Positions 25,720 through 36,445 of a DNA stretch of 64,000 nucleotides are shown one piece after another. The translations under genes were made by a program, and so were the position numbers. This DNA is from Tepidiformaceae bacterium (GTDB lineage Bacteria > Chloroflexota > Dehalococcoidia > Tepidiformales > Tepidiformaceae). Below the pieces are notes generated by a model. The model was not told the DNA's origin. It did no database searches and saw only the letters and a program-made list of their open reading frames with translations. How positions within the stretch are numbered: position 1 is the first letter of the stretch; the number at the start of each line of letters is the position of its first letter. The stretch covers positions 630,864-694,863 of the forward strand of contig OZ220739.1 of assembly GCA_965116915.1 (NCBI GenBank). Direction: 5' to 3'.

Positions 25720-26773
25720 GATGATGGTCCCGGTAGCTGAAGGGGTTGAGGTTTCGGACGATGCGTTGACCGCCGAACTTACTGATGGTCGGACAATCTC
25801 CGTGCCGCTCGATTGGTACCCGCGGCTCACCCACGCCATGCGGGAAGAGCGCGACAATTGGCGTCTTATCGGCGGAGGTGAAGGCATTCACTGGCCCGAT
25901 CTGGACGAAGACATCAGCGTTGAGGGCCTCATTGCAGGCCGTCCGTCGGCTGAGAGCCAGACGTCCTTCCAGCGCTGGGTCGACGCCAGGCGGGCTCGCC
26001 GGCCAGTGGCGGAAGTACCACCCCTTGCCTTCCAAAGAGCGGGAGGGCCCGCTGCGGTAGGGAGTTTGGCAGAGAGCTTGCGCATGGCTGCCGAGATGGC
26101 GCGGGAGGCCGCAATGACCCTGGCCGAGTTCGCGGAAGAGGAGCCCGACTTCGCCAGCGACGAAGTCGTGGCAAGACATGATGAAGCGCTGACGACACTG
26201 GCCGCCGCCTACTCTTTCACGACACATAGCGGACTCGGCTTGGTCGCTGGGCAGTTGCTGGCAGCGACGCTGCCAGCTTTCTCGATGGGGTACTGGGAAA
26301 ACGCCAAGGACTTGGCTCGCGTGGGCGCCGCCTATGCAGAAGTCGAACTCGCCCATCGAGACAAGGGCGGAGAAATGTACGGCTATACCAAAGTCGAGAA
26401 TCCAGTCGCTGCACTCGGGCCCATTGGCTGGAGTGCGCCTGACATCGCCGAAACTGACCTCTCCAGCCTTGCAGCGAACGCCCAAGACATCGCTGACACT
26501 GCACACCAACAGTGGATGCTGACCAAGGATGCTCCCATCTCGGACCTTCCCGAGGAGCCTGAGTGCGAGGAGATGCTGCAGCAGTTGGCAGATGCCTGTT
26601 GGGGACTCAGCGTGGCAGGCGACTTCATGTTTGCTGAGTCTCCACCACTCGGTGTGCTCTTGGAAGCGACGCTGATGAGCGTTGCACGACGATCCTGGTC
26701 TACGGCGTATGCATTTGCGAGTGCCACAGCTCTGTTGGCGGAGCATCAACTCCACGACTTGGATACCACATAG
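25700..26773 (+). CDS. DUF2442-domain protein with a ~260-aa C-terminal extension
   Basis: The N-terminal ~95 aa (LTDGRTISVPLDWYPRLTHAMREERDNWRLIGGGEGIHWPDLDEDISVEGL) match DUF2442. The remainder is Ala/Glu-rich helical with no recognised family. Confidence 0.7.
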   Translation: MSVLTLEMMVPVAEGVEVSDDALTAELTDGRTISVPLDWYPRLTHAMREERDNWRLIGGGEGIHWPDLDEDISVEGLIAGRPSAESQTSFQRWVDARRARRPVAEVPPLAFQRAGGPAAVGSLAESLRMAAEMAREAAMTLAEFAEEEPDFASDEVVARHDEALTTLAAAYSFTTHSGLGLVAGQLLAATLPAFSMGYWENAKDLARVGAAYAEVELAHRDKGGEMYGYTKVENPVAALGPIGWSAPDIAETDLSSLAANAQDIADTAHQQWMLTKDAPISDLPEEPECEEMLQQLADACWGLSVAGDFMFAESPPLGVLLEATLMSVARRSWSTAYAFASATALLAEHQLHDLDTT

Positions 26774-27006
26774 GCCCTCCACTGGCCCATGTGGCTCATG
26801 CCCAACGCCTGACTTCCCGCCATGGCTTCCATCCGCATCCCCTTGAGAATCGGGTGTGCAGCAGTTCCGCGTTCATCCCTCACTCGCTGCAACCATGAGG
26901 CCCGAGGGCTTGAGGCACCGCCTCGCCACGTAATCCGTCCCTAGGACCCGGTGCCGCTGCGTTTGCCCGCAGCCACCCTCGCGAGTTCAGCGCCGTGAGC
27001 GCCTGT

Positions 27007-29513
27007 TCAACGCCTCAATTCCCGCAACGTTTCCATCCGCAGGTTGTCTAGACACCGAGGGTACAGGAGTCCACGTTCCTCCAGCATTGCTTGAAGCGCA
27101 GTTCCCACGTCGTGAGGAACCGCTTGCCGTGCGACATCCTCTAGGGCTGCTACCAGCTCTTTCCCGAGGCCTTCAAAGCTCCCCAACTCCACGACTTTGA
27201 TGTCAGGCCCCGGATTCGCCGATTTCGAGGCTGGCAGCGTCGGACCAACGAAGACGGGGTGGATCGCGGTTGCCGGATAGCGTTCCTTCACCCACTGCAC
27301 GTGGTCTCTTAGTTGCCCAATGTCTTCCTTCCGGTACTTCCCCGTTTGCCCCTTATCTGTCTTGACTTCCATGCAAAGGACTGTGTCATCGCACAGCCAC
27401 AGTACGTCAGGCCCGGTGCCGAATTCCTTGTCAGGTCTGCTGGCTTCTATCCCTAAGTACTGGCCTAGGGCTCTAATGGCCTCCTCTGTTTGGGACGTTG
27501 AGTAGCCTTCACCTAAGGCACAGAGGTCCTGTGTAATGTTCTTTGGCAGTCCGACATCGGCCGGCTGTGGAAAGCCGATCCTCATCTGGCTTTCAACATT
27601 CTGCGCTTGTTGACCGATGCCGCGCTGCTGACCCTTGGACGGGCGCACTCTCGGAACGTTGGGTTGATTGCCCTGGGCCTTTGCATAGCACTCAGCCGCG
27701 TGCTCGTCATCGCCACACATCTCAAGGGCGAATCCCAGCCACAGGGACAGCCAAGCCCCTGTGGCGTGGCTGACGTCGAATCCGTCATTCAGACTTCCCC
27801 GCAGGACGCGAACTGCCTCTTTCATAGTTGCGGTTCCACAACGCTTCTCCGAACTTCGCTTCAGCACTTGCCACTCGGGTGAGTTTCTTGAGGTCAGTGC
27901 GCTCGTGTGGCGTGCCCCTAGCTCCCTCCCTCATGTTCTCGGCGTAGAACTCGACCCAATTCGCCTCCCTGTCCAGGCAAGCTGCCAAGCCTCCTGCAAG
28001 TTCGCCCTCACTCTCCATCTGCCTAGAGAGGTTCTCGCCCACCTCTAGTTGCCGTCGCAGGAAGTCGGGCAACATGGCACGATTCCGAGGTAAGCTGAGC
28101 CACTCAACTAGTCGGTCGCCGGTGACCACTACGACACCATAGTCACTGGTTCCTCGAAATATCCGCCCGAAACTCTGCACAACTCTTGAGGCTACAGTTG
28201 CTTCGGAAGCTCTTTTGCATGTTTAGCCTCTCCCACTGGAATCTTTCCAGTGGGTCAGTTCCTGTAGGAAGACCATCGATCACAACAACACGGCAGGTAT
28301 CCCCGGGAAAATCAATGCCATCATAGCGTGCCACCAATAGGAGATTCTCTGGGCCGTCATCCTCTTTGAATGCTTGAATGCTTTCTGCTGCAACTTCTCT
28401 ATCGGGTGGAGAAGTCACTGCTTCCCATTTCATGCTCATTTCATAGCTTGGTGTTAGGATTAGTGTCTTCGCATTTTGGGTGATTGCTATCGCCGAAGAA
28501 ACGTCGTCAGACACTTCTGGTGACAGAGAGGGAATTAATACCAGTCTCTCACACTCCCCTACCGTAGTCGACGGACTAATGGTGTAGCTGGGTTCTCGGC
28601 CAAACGCTCGCACGAAAGCATCTGGTGCTCTCAGCGTAGCCGACAAATAGATGCGCCGTACGTCCGAACGGAAGTACGGCAACTGAGATAATGGGACATT
28701 GTTTGGGGTCAGAGTAATTTCCCGCGGTGAAATCAGCAAGCAGCAAGTATCTTCATGATCCTGTAGATATCCCCAAGCAAAGAGAGTCTCCGTGTGTTGG
28801 GACAGTTCGGCCGAAAGCAGAATCTGCCGAAGACGTGCGAGTTGCCGCCGTATTTCAAAGGGTGGTACTAAGAAAAGATTTTCCGCATCACCACGCGTAG
28901 TTGAAGTATAACTTGTTCCAAGGCCAACGGCGTCGTGATATTCGTAAAACACTTCGCAAATACTGGCATATAGGTCGGGAAAAAGGTTCCGGGAAATTTG
29001 CAGGGAAAATTGGTCGCGAAGGATGGCCTGTGCTGTGTGGGCGTCATCGAAGATGACGGCCGCGATGTCATCGGAACGGAAACGAGTCCTACTGTTGAAG
29101 AGCGCGTGATATGTCGTGACACAAGGAGCTTGGGCTTGAGCGTACAGGCGGTCGGAGGAAAACTCGCCGCGTATGTAGGTTGTGACGGGCAAGCCATAGC
29201 CTGCGGCCTTTTCGGCTGTTTGTTCAACGAGTTGAATGGAGCTGCAGGCATAGACGACTTGGCGATGGGTTTCGTTGACGAGAGATTGGGCCATGAGGAG
29301 GCCGAGGAGGGTCTTTCCTGCACCCGTGTTCAAGACTACGGCGACATCCTTCTCAGCCCGGTTCTCGTGCCACTCCCGGAGTGCGTCGCCTTGCACCAAC
29401 CACAGGTCGTTTATTGCGGCGTCGGAAACGGAGGACGCTTGGAAGAGGGCGATCGGGTCGACGGGGGAGGGCTGGTGGTGCTGTGGCGTGACCTTGGAAA
29501 AGTCAAAGGGCAT
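27007..29513 (-). pseudogene. DinG/Rad3-like DEAD/DEAH helicase fused to a C-terminal PD-(D/E)xK-like domain, broken by two frameshifts
   Basis: Three consecutive minus-strand ORFs (29513-28143, 28180-27785, 27867-27007) make one protein. Walker A LNTGAGKT, VIFDDAHT, motif VI-like QSFGRIFRGTSDYGVVVVTGDR, then DVLWLCDDTVLCMEVKTDK. Frame changes lie near 28150-28180 and 27790-27860. Confidence 0.65.
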
Positions 29514-29862
29514 GTTGTGCTCCCTGGCTGCATGGCGTCGGCCACGGAGCATAGGGGTACTCGGAGGCCCGCAGGGTGCCGGCATGCCTAGGTGATGGGG
29601 CCTGGGGATGGTTGTCGTGGGAGGGCAGCCGCGAGTCGCAGGAGCCTGGTGCGTGGCCGGCCCGCAGCCCTTCACATGGAGAACTCATGGCGGGTGCGCC
29701 GGAACGCCTTTGGAGCTGGTCCATGAAGCGACCACGAGGCCTTCTCACGAAGATTCTGGTCGAGGCCATCGGCTACCTCTTCACGCCCGGGGGGTATCCC
29801 TGCGAATTGCAGGGAGTGGATTCGATCCGCGCTGTGTAAGCCTATCGATCGACACTAGTCTA

Positions 29863-30140
29863 TCGCGCTGGGTGGGATTGCCCGACAAGCGAGGGAACTC
29901 GGAGCCACCACAAAGGCAGCTGGCCTGGCTTGAGCCAGAAGTCGAAGTCACGGTCCGGATTCAAGCGCAGGATGGGCTTCCCGAGGAAGCTCTCAAGTTC
30001 GACCAAGAACTATAGACCTCGTGCAGTTCCTTGCCTGTGTCGGTGAAGAAGTACTCGATGTCTAGATCCGGGTGCTGCTCGCGCATATAGACAGCGAGCG
30101 CGGCGCTGTCGCGCCCTCTCTTCGGCCGGATACCACGTCC
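29863..30140 (-). pseudogene. N-terminal remnant of a PAPS-reductase-family protein
   Basis: The minus strand reads GRDSAALAVYMREQHPDLDIEYFFTDTGKELHEVY, then after a frameshift FLVELESFLGKPILRLNPDRDFDFWL. This resembles the SGGKDS ... DTG.E.PET pattern. The P-loop is degenerate and the ORF is truncated. Confidence 0.4.
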
Positions 30141-30239
30141 ACTAGTGCAGCGCCTTAGAACCCTTCACCACAGGGAGATAGCGTTGGGTTGGGCCGGACA
30201 CGCTAGGACAATGTATGCTTTTTCCGGGAGATTACTGAC

Positions 30240-30818
30240 ATGTCGACCAACACTATGGTGCTCGAGCCTGGCCACGTCTACCGCACACGTGACCTCTCGC
30301 AATGGACCGCCAACCCCTCGCGGTTGGCCCGCCGGCTCGTGGATCGAGGGCAATTCAAGCCGCTCGCGCAGGGGCTGTTCGTTCACCCCAGGCAGAGCCG
30401 TTTTGGTGCCGTGCCCCCGGCTGATGAAGAAGTCATGCGTGCCTTCCTCGGTGGCCCGTTCGTTCTCACGGGACCGGAGCGTTGGAATGCGCTTGGTCTT
30501 GGCACCTCGGCGGCATTTGCCACTCAATTGGTCTACAACACCAAGCGTTCCGGGGAGTTCACTTTCGGGGGCCGTCGCTTCCTGCTACGGAGGGTGGCGT
30601 TCCCGGAACACCCCTCGCCGGAGTGGTTCGTCGTCGACCTGCTCCAACACGCGGAGCAGGCGGCCGCCGATCGTGACGATCTGACGACAGCTCTCGCCAG
30701 CGCGGTGAGGGATGGCCGGTTCGACACCGAGCGACTGCGCTCCATGGCGAGGGAATACGGATCCCTCGACACGCAGGCGCGAGTGGCGTCGGTTCTCGGC
30801 GCCTCGCAAGCGGCGTAG
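30240..30818 (+). CDS. AbiEi-like antitoxin (partner of the following AbiEii)
   Basis: 192-aa ORF ending 6 bp before the AbiEii-type gene. Its 3' third is duplicated as a pseudogene at 22109-22320. The family call rests mainly on position. Confidence 0.6.
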   Translation: MSTNTMVLEPGHVYRTRDLSQWTANPSRLARRLVDRGQFKPLAQGLFVHPRQSRFGAVPPADEEVMRAFLGGPFVLTGPERWNALGLGTSAAFATQLVYNTKRSGEFTFGGRRFLLRRVAFPEHPSPEWFVVDLLQHAEQAAADRDDLTTALASAVRDGRFDTERLRSMAREYGSLDTQARVASVLGASQAA

Positions 30819-30824
30819 CGGTCA

Positions 30825-31601
30825 ATGCCCTTCGTCCACGAAGATCGCGACTTCAACGAGCTGCTCAGCATCGTCGCCGAACGGCAGGGTCTTGCCATCG
30901 CGGCCGTTGAGAAGGACTACTGGGTCACGCACGTTCTCTGGGCCACCCTCGCTCAAGGATTCGACGTCTGGTTCACGGGCGGCACGTCGCTCTCCAAGGG
31001 CTTCGGTCTCATCAATCGCTTCTCTGAAGACCTCGATCTGAAGATAGAGCCTGGCAGCGCCACGGCCCTGCCAGGGGTGAGCGATTGGACGCGCGAGAGC
31101 CGCCGGGCGACTCAGCAGCGCCAGGCCTACTTCGAGGCCCTGTCGACGCTCCTGCGCGTGCCGGGTGCGGAGACTCACCTGACCGTTCCCGATACCGAGA
31201 GGCATTGGAGGGGGGCCAACCTGGAAGTGCACTATCAGGGGAGGCACCTCGAAGCTCTCGGTGTCCTAAGACCGTTCGTGTTGCTGGAGGTGGGGAGCGC
31301 GCGCGTTACGCCTTCCCTCGAGCGCGATTGCACCTCCTTCATCCACGACTATCTGGATGAAGAAGGCGAACTAGACAACTACGAGGACAATCGGCCCTGC
31401 TCCGTCCGCTGCCTTCACCCACTCGTGACCCTCATCGAGAAGCTAGACAGCTTGCACCGCCGAGCGCGACAGGCCGGCCGCGCCCCGGCTACCTTCGTCC
31501 GCCACTACGAAGACGCAGCCCATATCATCGCGGCGACGGCGGAACTACCGGCGCTTGAAGGCTACAGCGATGTGTCACCAAGCATCTCAAGCGGTGGGTA
31601 G
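30825..31601 (+). CDS. AbiEii/AbiGii-family nucleotidyltransferase toxin
   Basis: AVEKDYWVTHVLWATL...WFTGGTSLSKGFGLINRFSEDLDLKIEPG matches the DUF1814/AbiEii N-terminal and NTase motifs. Confidence 0.8.
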   Translation: MPFVHEDRDFNELLSIVAERQGLAIAAVEKDYWVTHVLWATLAQGFDVWFTGGTSLSKGFGLINRFSEDLDLKIEPGSATALPGVSDWTRESRRATQQRQAYFEALSTLLRVPGAETHLTVPDTERHWRGANLEVHYQGRHLEALGVLRPFVLLEVGSARVTPSLERDCTSFIHDYLDEEGELDNYEDNRPCSVRCLHPLVTLIEKLDSLHRRARQAGRAPATFVRHYEDAAHIIAATAELPALEGYSDVSPSISSGG

Positions 31602-32537
31602 ATCTGTACTTCCCGAAGAGCGTCAAGGTCTTCGAAGGACTTGAGCCGCACACGAATGACAGGATGCTGCTTACATATGGTCGGCTACTTGGAAGGATGA
31701 AGCTCAACACACACTTCGTCGTAGTGTGGGATTGCGACGCGGCTAGTAAGGAGAAGGAGCTTCGAGGCCAGCTCCCTCGTGGCGCTAGGGTTACGCCGTT
31801 CGCGTTTCCGAAGAGGGGGGAGCGCGGGATCCCTGACCACGGAATCGAGAATAGCTACGATGAAGAGATCCTGAAGCCGTTTTCCAACACGGTGATGGAT
31901 CCCGAAGGAACTGTAGTACGTCGTGAGGTCCCCAACGATCGTAAGACCGAGTTTGCCAACCACGTCCTGAGAGAGGGGACACATCGTTACTTTGCGATCG
32001 TCAGCGGGATCCTGGAAGCACCCGACTGACGCCCGGCTGACTCAGGACTCCCGGTTCAAGATACGCAGGTTTGCGTTGGGCCGTTCGCTTCAGCGTGGCG
32101 TCCGTTGCTCTGTGGGTCGTGCTCTTGGCATTGCGCGGGACTAACCCACACCCCCCAACGCTCGACGCTAGTGCGCGGGGTCATCGACTTGGCCGGCTAT
32201 CCCCTTGGCCTGCGTCTGAGGTGGCTCAATCTCCCGAAGCCAACAGTCTTCCCAAGGGCGCCCCAGCCAGGAGCTAACCCGACAACACCCGCGTTGGTCT
32301 TGAGCTTCGTGCTCTCCTTCGGCGATTACCACCCGAGAAGGCGAGTGCGCCTAGCCTGCATCTCGAACAGGGTGGCCTGCTCGGCTGGTCTCGCCCCTCA
32401 GCGCTGCCGTGCCAACCGGAGCCTCCTAGGCACGACCCTGACAGCGCTGTCCTACAGGGCACCCTGCTAGGCGGCGAGGAGACCGGACAGGCTCGGTCCA
32501 GCCTCGGACGGGTGGGAGAGCACTTCTGAACCCAGCG

Positions 32538-35500
32538 TTACTGGTGGCCTTCCGATACAGCGATGTGCAGCAGTACTGCTGGAACTAGCCAACTGCTCGT
32601 CACGGGGTCTCGGGAGAGGCGAGCCTCCACTGCCGACGCCAACATCCGAGGCACCGGCCTGCCTTGACGCCCACTCTGGAGCACCTCGATCACGCTTCCG
32701 AGAATCAGGCCCACCTTGTCTGGCGCTCGCCGCGCCAGCTCCACCATCAACTCAGCTGCCACGGAGACAGCGGATTCGTCGGAGCACTCCGGTCCCTCAA
32801 GGGTCTCGACCATTGCCCTTGTCCCGTCGGTTGTAACGTAACCGTTCGCCTCTAGGCGCCCTAGTATGGTGGCCGCGTCGACACGCACGAACCGGTAGTT
32901 CAGCAGCACAAGGCTTTCGATCTGCGCGAAGTAGTCCTGGGCGGTGATGACACCGGCGCGACGCAACTCGCTAAGCACTGCCTGCGTGTTCACCACCTCG
33001 ACACCTAGGTGGCGAGCGACACTCGCAAGTCCGAGGTCGTCCGAAACAAGAACGAGCTTTGCTGAGGTCTCCGGTTCTCCTGCGTAGACCGCGCCAGCAC
33101 CGGCCCAAGACAACATCTCGACAAGGTTCTCAGCATCGCTCTCATCCAACAGGCGATACGAAGGAAGCCGCTCCAACGACTCGGCGAAACTGAGCACTGA
33201 GCGGACGAAGTCCCGCTGCTGCTCCCACTCCTCGTTCGTCATTTCTGTCAACGCGTAACGGCCGTCGGCATCCTTGCCGAGGTAGCCGGAGGGAGCTGGC
33301 CCTAACACTGTGTTGTAGTAGGCCTCTTGGATCTCTTCGATCACGAGTTGGGGTACCGCGACATGCGAGAAGCGGTCCTGTATGACGGCCGCAAGGCCCA
33401 ACCTATGAGCCGTGAGCAGCGCGAGCGGGTCAAGGATGATCCCATCAGCTTCGAGCAGCGATTCACTCGCGGTGCTCGCCTCCTCGTCTGTGCCAGCACT
33501 ACAGCGAATGGGGATAGACCGACTCTCTGTACAAGCGCGCCAGCCTTCAAGCGCCGATCGTCCGAGTAAGGAGCAGAAGGATGCGAAGGGTAGTCGCCCC
33601 TCGCGGTACATGCGCTCTGCCTCGCTGGCGAATTGGTCGCGTTGTTCGATGGTCGTAAGGACTTTGGCCAGCCCCTCGTCGCCCCCAGTCACGCGCGAGA
33701 GCCCCTTGTGGTCCGGGAAACGGGTCGAAAACTCCTCGTGGATCTCTTGAAACGCGCGGGTGAACTTGCTTTGGATAGCGACGACGTCGTACGAGAGGTC
33801 TTCCAAGTCCTGTCGCAACACGATGCTATCTCCAACACGCGCTCCCATGAGCCGAGTGGCGAGAGGGTGAGCCGGTTTCAGCTCATTGGCGGTGCGGGGA
33901 GTCTCCTCATCTTCAAGGAGCAGGTACCAATGTTCCTTCAGTTCGTCCTTCAGCAGCACAGCACAACCAGCGCTGACGGCTTCGGGGTCGGGGCCACTGG
34001 CTTCGCACGCTAGGAAGAGCCCTAGATATCCGAGGTGGGCCTCCGGAGCATCTGGGCCGCACCGGTACACGAGGAGCGCGGTGTCAAGCGCTCCTCCTTC
34101 GCCTAGGAGCAGCTGCAGTTGTGCCAGCCTCAAGAGGGACATGGGATCCGCACAGAGTTCAGGAATAGGAATCTCCCGGATCGTCTCACAGGCGAGTTCG
34201 GGCATGCCCCCTCTGAATTGGGCGGCTGCCAGCGAGACTTGATCGACTGCCGTGCTATCGACGTGGGAGCAGAGTTCTTTCAGGCGCTCAATCGCTGCTA
34301 GCGTGTCGCCGGCTCGCTCCAGGATCCTGGCTTCTGCCTCGATTACCAGTCGCGGCAAGTGAGGCTGTGCCTTGCGTATCTCCCTTGCCCAAGCAAGGGC
34401 GTCTCGCAGTCGCTGGCTGTTGACTAGACAAATCAGGAGCTCGCCCGCCGCAGGATGCGAGGGAGCATCGTTGACGACTTCAGCTAGAAGGTCCGCGGCC
34501 TCTGCAAAGCGTCCGTTCCTCTGGTATAGGGCCGCCAAGCGTGTCGAGACTTCCCGGCGGTCACGTTCGTTACCTTGCTTCCTCGCCTCCAGGAGTAGGC
34601 GCTCGGCCTCCTCTTGACTTCCGTTAAGGTCCGAGTGTGCCGCCGCAAGCGTTAGTAGTCGGGCATTGTTCGGGCGGTCCGCTAGCGCAGCTTCAATCGC
34701 AGGCCCTACCGAGTCCTCCCCCCCAGAATTGGCTTCGGCTCTGTTGAGAAGGATAGCTCGGTAGACATCTTCCCACTCAGGTTCTGCAAGGGAGAAAGAC
34801 CCCTTCAGCAGGTTGACGGCTGCTATCGGGTCTCCCGAGTCGATGCACGCCCCTGCAAGCGGGCCCAGAACATCCTCTCCTCGGTCCTCTAGGCTCGACT
34901 CCAAAGCGAGGCGGGCCTCAGCTGGCTCCCCTTTGTCAAGAAGCAGCAAACCCTTCATGAAGTTGGCGTCAGGGTGGGAAGGGGACTCGCTCAGGACCCT
35001 GTTCAGCTCAGCCATAGCTTCAGTCGGCAACCCTAGGAGACTGTGGGTGTTCGCTAGCGCAACGAGGGCGTCGTGCTTTTGTGTCCTCAATTGGGTTGAG
35101 TCCAGGCGTTCCGCAGCGCGCAGAAGCGCAGTCTCCGCGGACCTTAGCTGCGCGAACGAGGCTTCCGTAATGGTGCCCGTCAACTGAAGCCCCGCCTGCG
35201 CCTGCTTAAGCAGGCACTGGCCCAGGGTAAGGTGAACACCGGCATCCTCCGGGTTGGCCGCAGCTAGAGTGCGGCAGAGGGCAACTGCCTCTGGAAAGCG
35301 AGACTGGCGCAGCCGAATAGTCGCGAGGGTGATTCCGCAGTTTCGGTCACCCCAGAGCCACGGTTCGGTGGAGATGAGGGTTTCCAGATCGTCAGTCCGC
35401 TCTGCCTCCCATAGCTCGTCTAGCAGCACGGCTGTGGCTTGCGAGTTCTCCGCGACGGCTTCCCGAGCTTGAACTGCCAACTCTATCGCCCGCTCGGAGT

Positions 35501-36374
35501 CCTTCCGAATACGGGCGGCAATGGCCGCATTGGCAATCCCCTTCGGGTTGTCCGGCTGAATTCTGTGAGCGTGCTCAAGGTGGCCGGCGGCGGTGAGGGT
35601 ATCCTCGGCTGCCAGCAAGGCAGCTCCGAGATTTGTGAAGATGCGGAATCGGAGCTCCTTCGGTAGCTCGTCCGCCTGCTCCGTCAGTTGCTCAAGGTCC
35701 TCGCGAGCTGTGTCTGCGAGACCTCGGTTGATGAGGTCTCTTGCGAAGTCGATCTTCTTGACGATCTCGTTGTGCCGGGGGTCGGCGAAGCTCCCCGGCT
35801 CTGTCGGCTCAGCTAACAGGCCAGCCGTCTCAATTGAAGACTGCAACCGTGCAAACTTGTCCTCTAGCTCTGTCCCGAGAGAGTCGAACTGAGAGGCAAT
35901 TTCGCTCTTGGCGTCGGCGTGAAGTGTCTCGAGGCGGTTCGCCAGTGCAGGAAGCGCCTCATCGCCCCGGAAGAGAAGGGCCAGCATCTCCGCAAAGATC
36001 GCCACCACAAGCTGCGCGGCAACTTGTGCCTCTTCCCGTTCAGGACCCTGATAGAAGCCGCCTTCTTCAACGAATGAGCGGATGACCTCATCTTGCTCAA
36101 TGTCACGCTCGCCGGCATGCAGGCGCTCAAACAACCGCCTGAAGCCGTCACTCTGCGTCCACTGCTCGAGGGCCACCTCGGCTCCCTCGGCTTCAGGGAA
36201 TCGCCCGGCTATCGTCCTGATGGAGCGAGCTATCCCCTCTTCTTCTTTGGTGAGGAACGCGCGAAGGCCGTCGGTCGCAAAGTTGGCAGCGATGGCGGTG
36301 CCGAGTTGAGCCAACAGGGGTATCACTTCGGGCTGAACCAAATTGGGCTCCATATAGTGATCGTCCCTTAGCAT
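32538..36374 (-). CDS. Large TPR-repeat protein with a PIN-like C-terminal domain (1278 aa)
   Basis: Helical N-terminal ~200 aa, then many TPR-like Ala/Leu-rich repeats. The C-terminal region (about 32950-33450) carries PIN-type acidic positions: GIILDPLAL, VPQLVIEEI, KLVLVSDDLGLASVARHLGVEVV. An alternative start is ATG 36353. Confidence 0.7.
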   Translation of the reverse strand: MLRDDHYMEPNLVQPEVIPLLAQLGTAIAANFATDGLRAFLTKEEEGIARSIRTIAGRFPEAEGAEVALEQWTQSDGFRRLFERLHAGERDIEQDEVIRSFVEEGGFYQGPEREEAQVAAQLVVAIFAEMLALLFRGDEALPALANRLETLHADAKSEIASQFDSLGTELEDKFARLQSSIETAGLLAEPTEPGSFADPRHNEIVKKIDFARDLINRGLADTAREDLEQLTEQADELPKELRFRIFTNLGAALLAAEDTLTAAGHLEHAHRIQPDNPKGIANAAIAARIRKDSERAIELAVQAREAVAENSQATAVLLDELWEAERTDDLETLISTEPWLWGDRNCGITLATIRLRQSRFPEAVALCRTLAAANPEDAGVHLTLGQCLLKQAQAGLQLTGTITEASFAQLRSAETALLRAAERLDSTQLRTQKHDALVALANTHSLLGLPTEAMAELNRVLSESPSHPDANFMKGLLLLDKGEPAEARLALESSLEDRGEDVLGPLAGACIDSGDPIAAVNLLKGSFSLAEPEWEDVYRAILLNRAEANSGGEDSVGPAIEAALADRPNNARLLTLAAAHSDLNGSQEEAERLLLEARKQGNERDRREVSTRLAALYQRNGRFAEAADLLAEVVNDAPSHPAAGELLICLVNSQRLRDALAWAREIRKAQPHLPRLVIEAEARILERAGDTLAAIERLKELCSHVDSTAVDQVSLAAAQFRGGMPELACETIREIPIPELCADPMSLLRLAQLQLLLGEGGALDTALLVYRCGPDAPEAHLGYLGLFLACEASGPDPEAVSAGCAVLLKDELKEHWYLLLEDEETPRTANELKPAHPLATRLMGARVGDSIVLRQDLEDLSYDVVAIQSKFTRAFQEIHEEFSTRFPDHKGLSRVTGGDEGLAKVLTTIEQRDQFASEAERMYREGRLPFASFCSLLGRSALEGWRACTESRSIPIRCSAGTDEEASTASESLLEADGIILDPLALLTAHRLGLAAVIQDRFSHVAVPQLVIEEIQEAYYNTVLGPAPSGYLGKDADGRYALTEMTNEEWEQQRDFVRSVLSFAESLERLPSYRLLDESDAENLVEMLSWAGAGAVYAGEPETSAKLVLVSDDLGLASVARHLGVEVVNTQAVLSELRRAGVITAQDYFAQIESLVLLNYRFVRVDAATILGRLEANGYVTTDGTRAMVETLEGPECSDESAVSVAAELMVELARRAPDKVGLILGSVIEVLQSGRQGRPVPRMLASAVEARLSRDPVTSSWLVPAVLLHIAVSEGHQ

Positions 36375-36445
36375 TTTACGCGTTCCCGCTCTGTTGAGGC
36401 TCTGCTGGGGTGAAACCCAGGGCAGAGAGGGAGTCCTCGCGAGGA

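Noticed and set aside
31664-32029. 121-aa ORF (..FVVVWDCDAASKEKE..) that might be a Toprim/OLD-like or DUF4435-like fragment.
   Set aside because: The similarity is only a vague impression from one acidic motif, and the ORF looks N-terminally truncated. Not called.
32030-32537. ~500-bp gene-free stretch downstream of the TPR-PIN gene, examined for an ncRNA, retron-like structure or tRNA.
   Set aside because: No cloverleaf, long stem or repeat pattern could be recognised by eye. It is probably decayed coding sequence.
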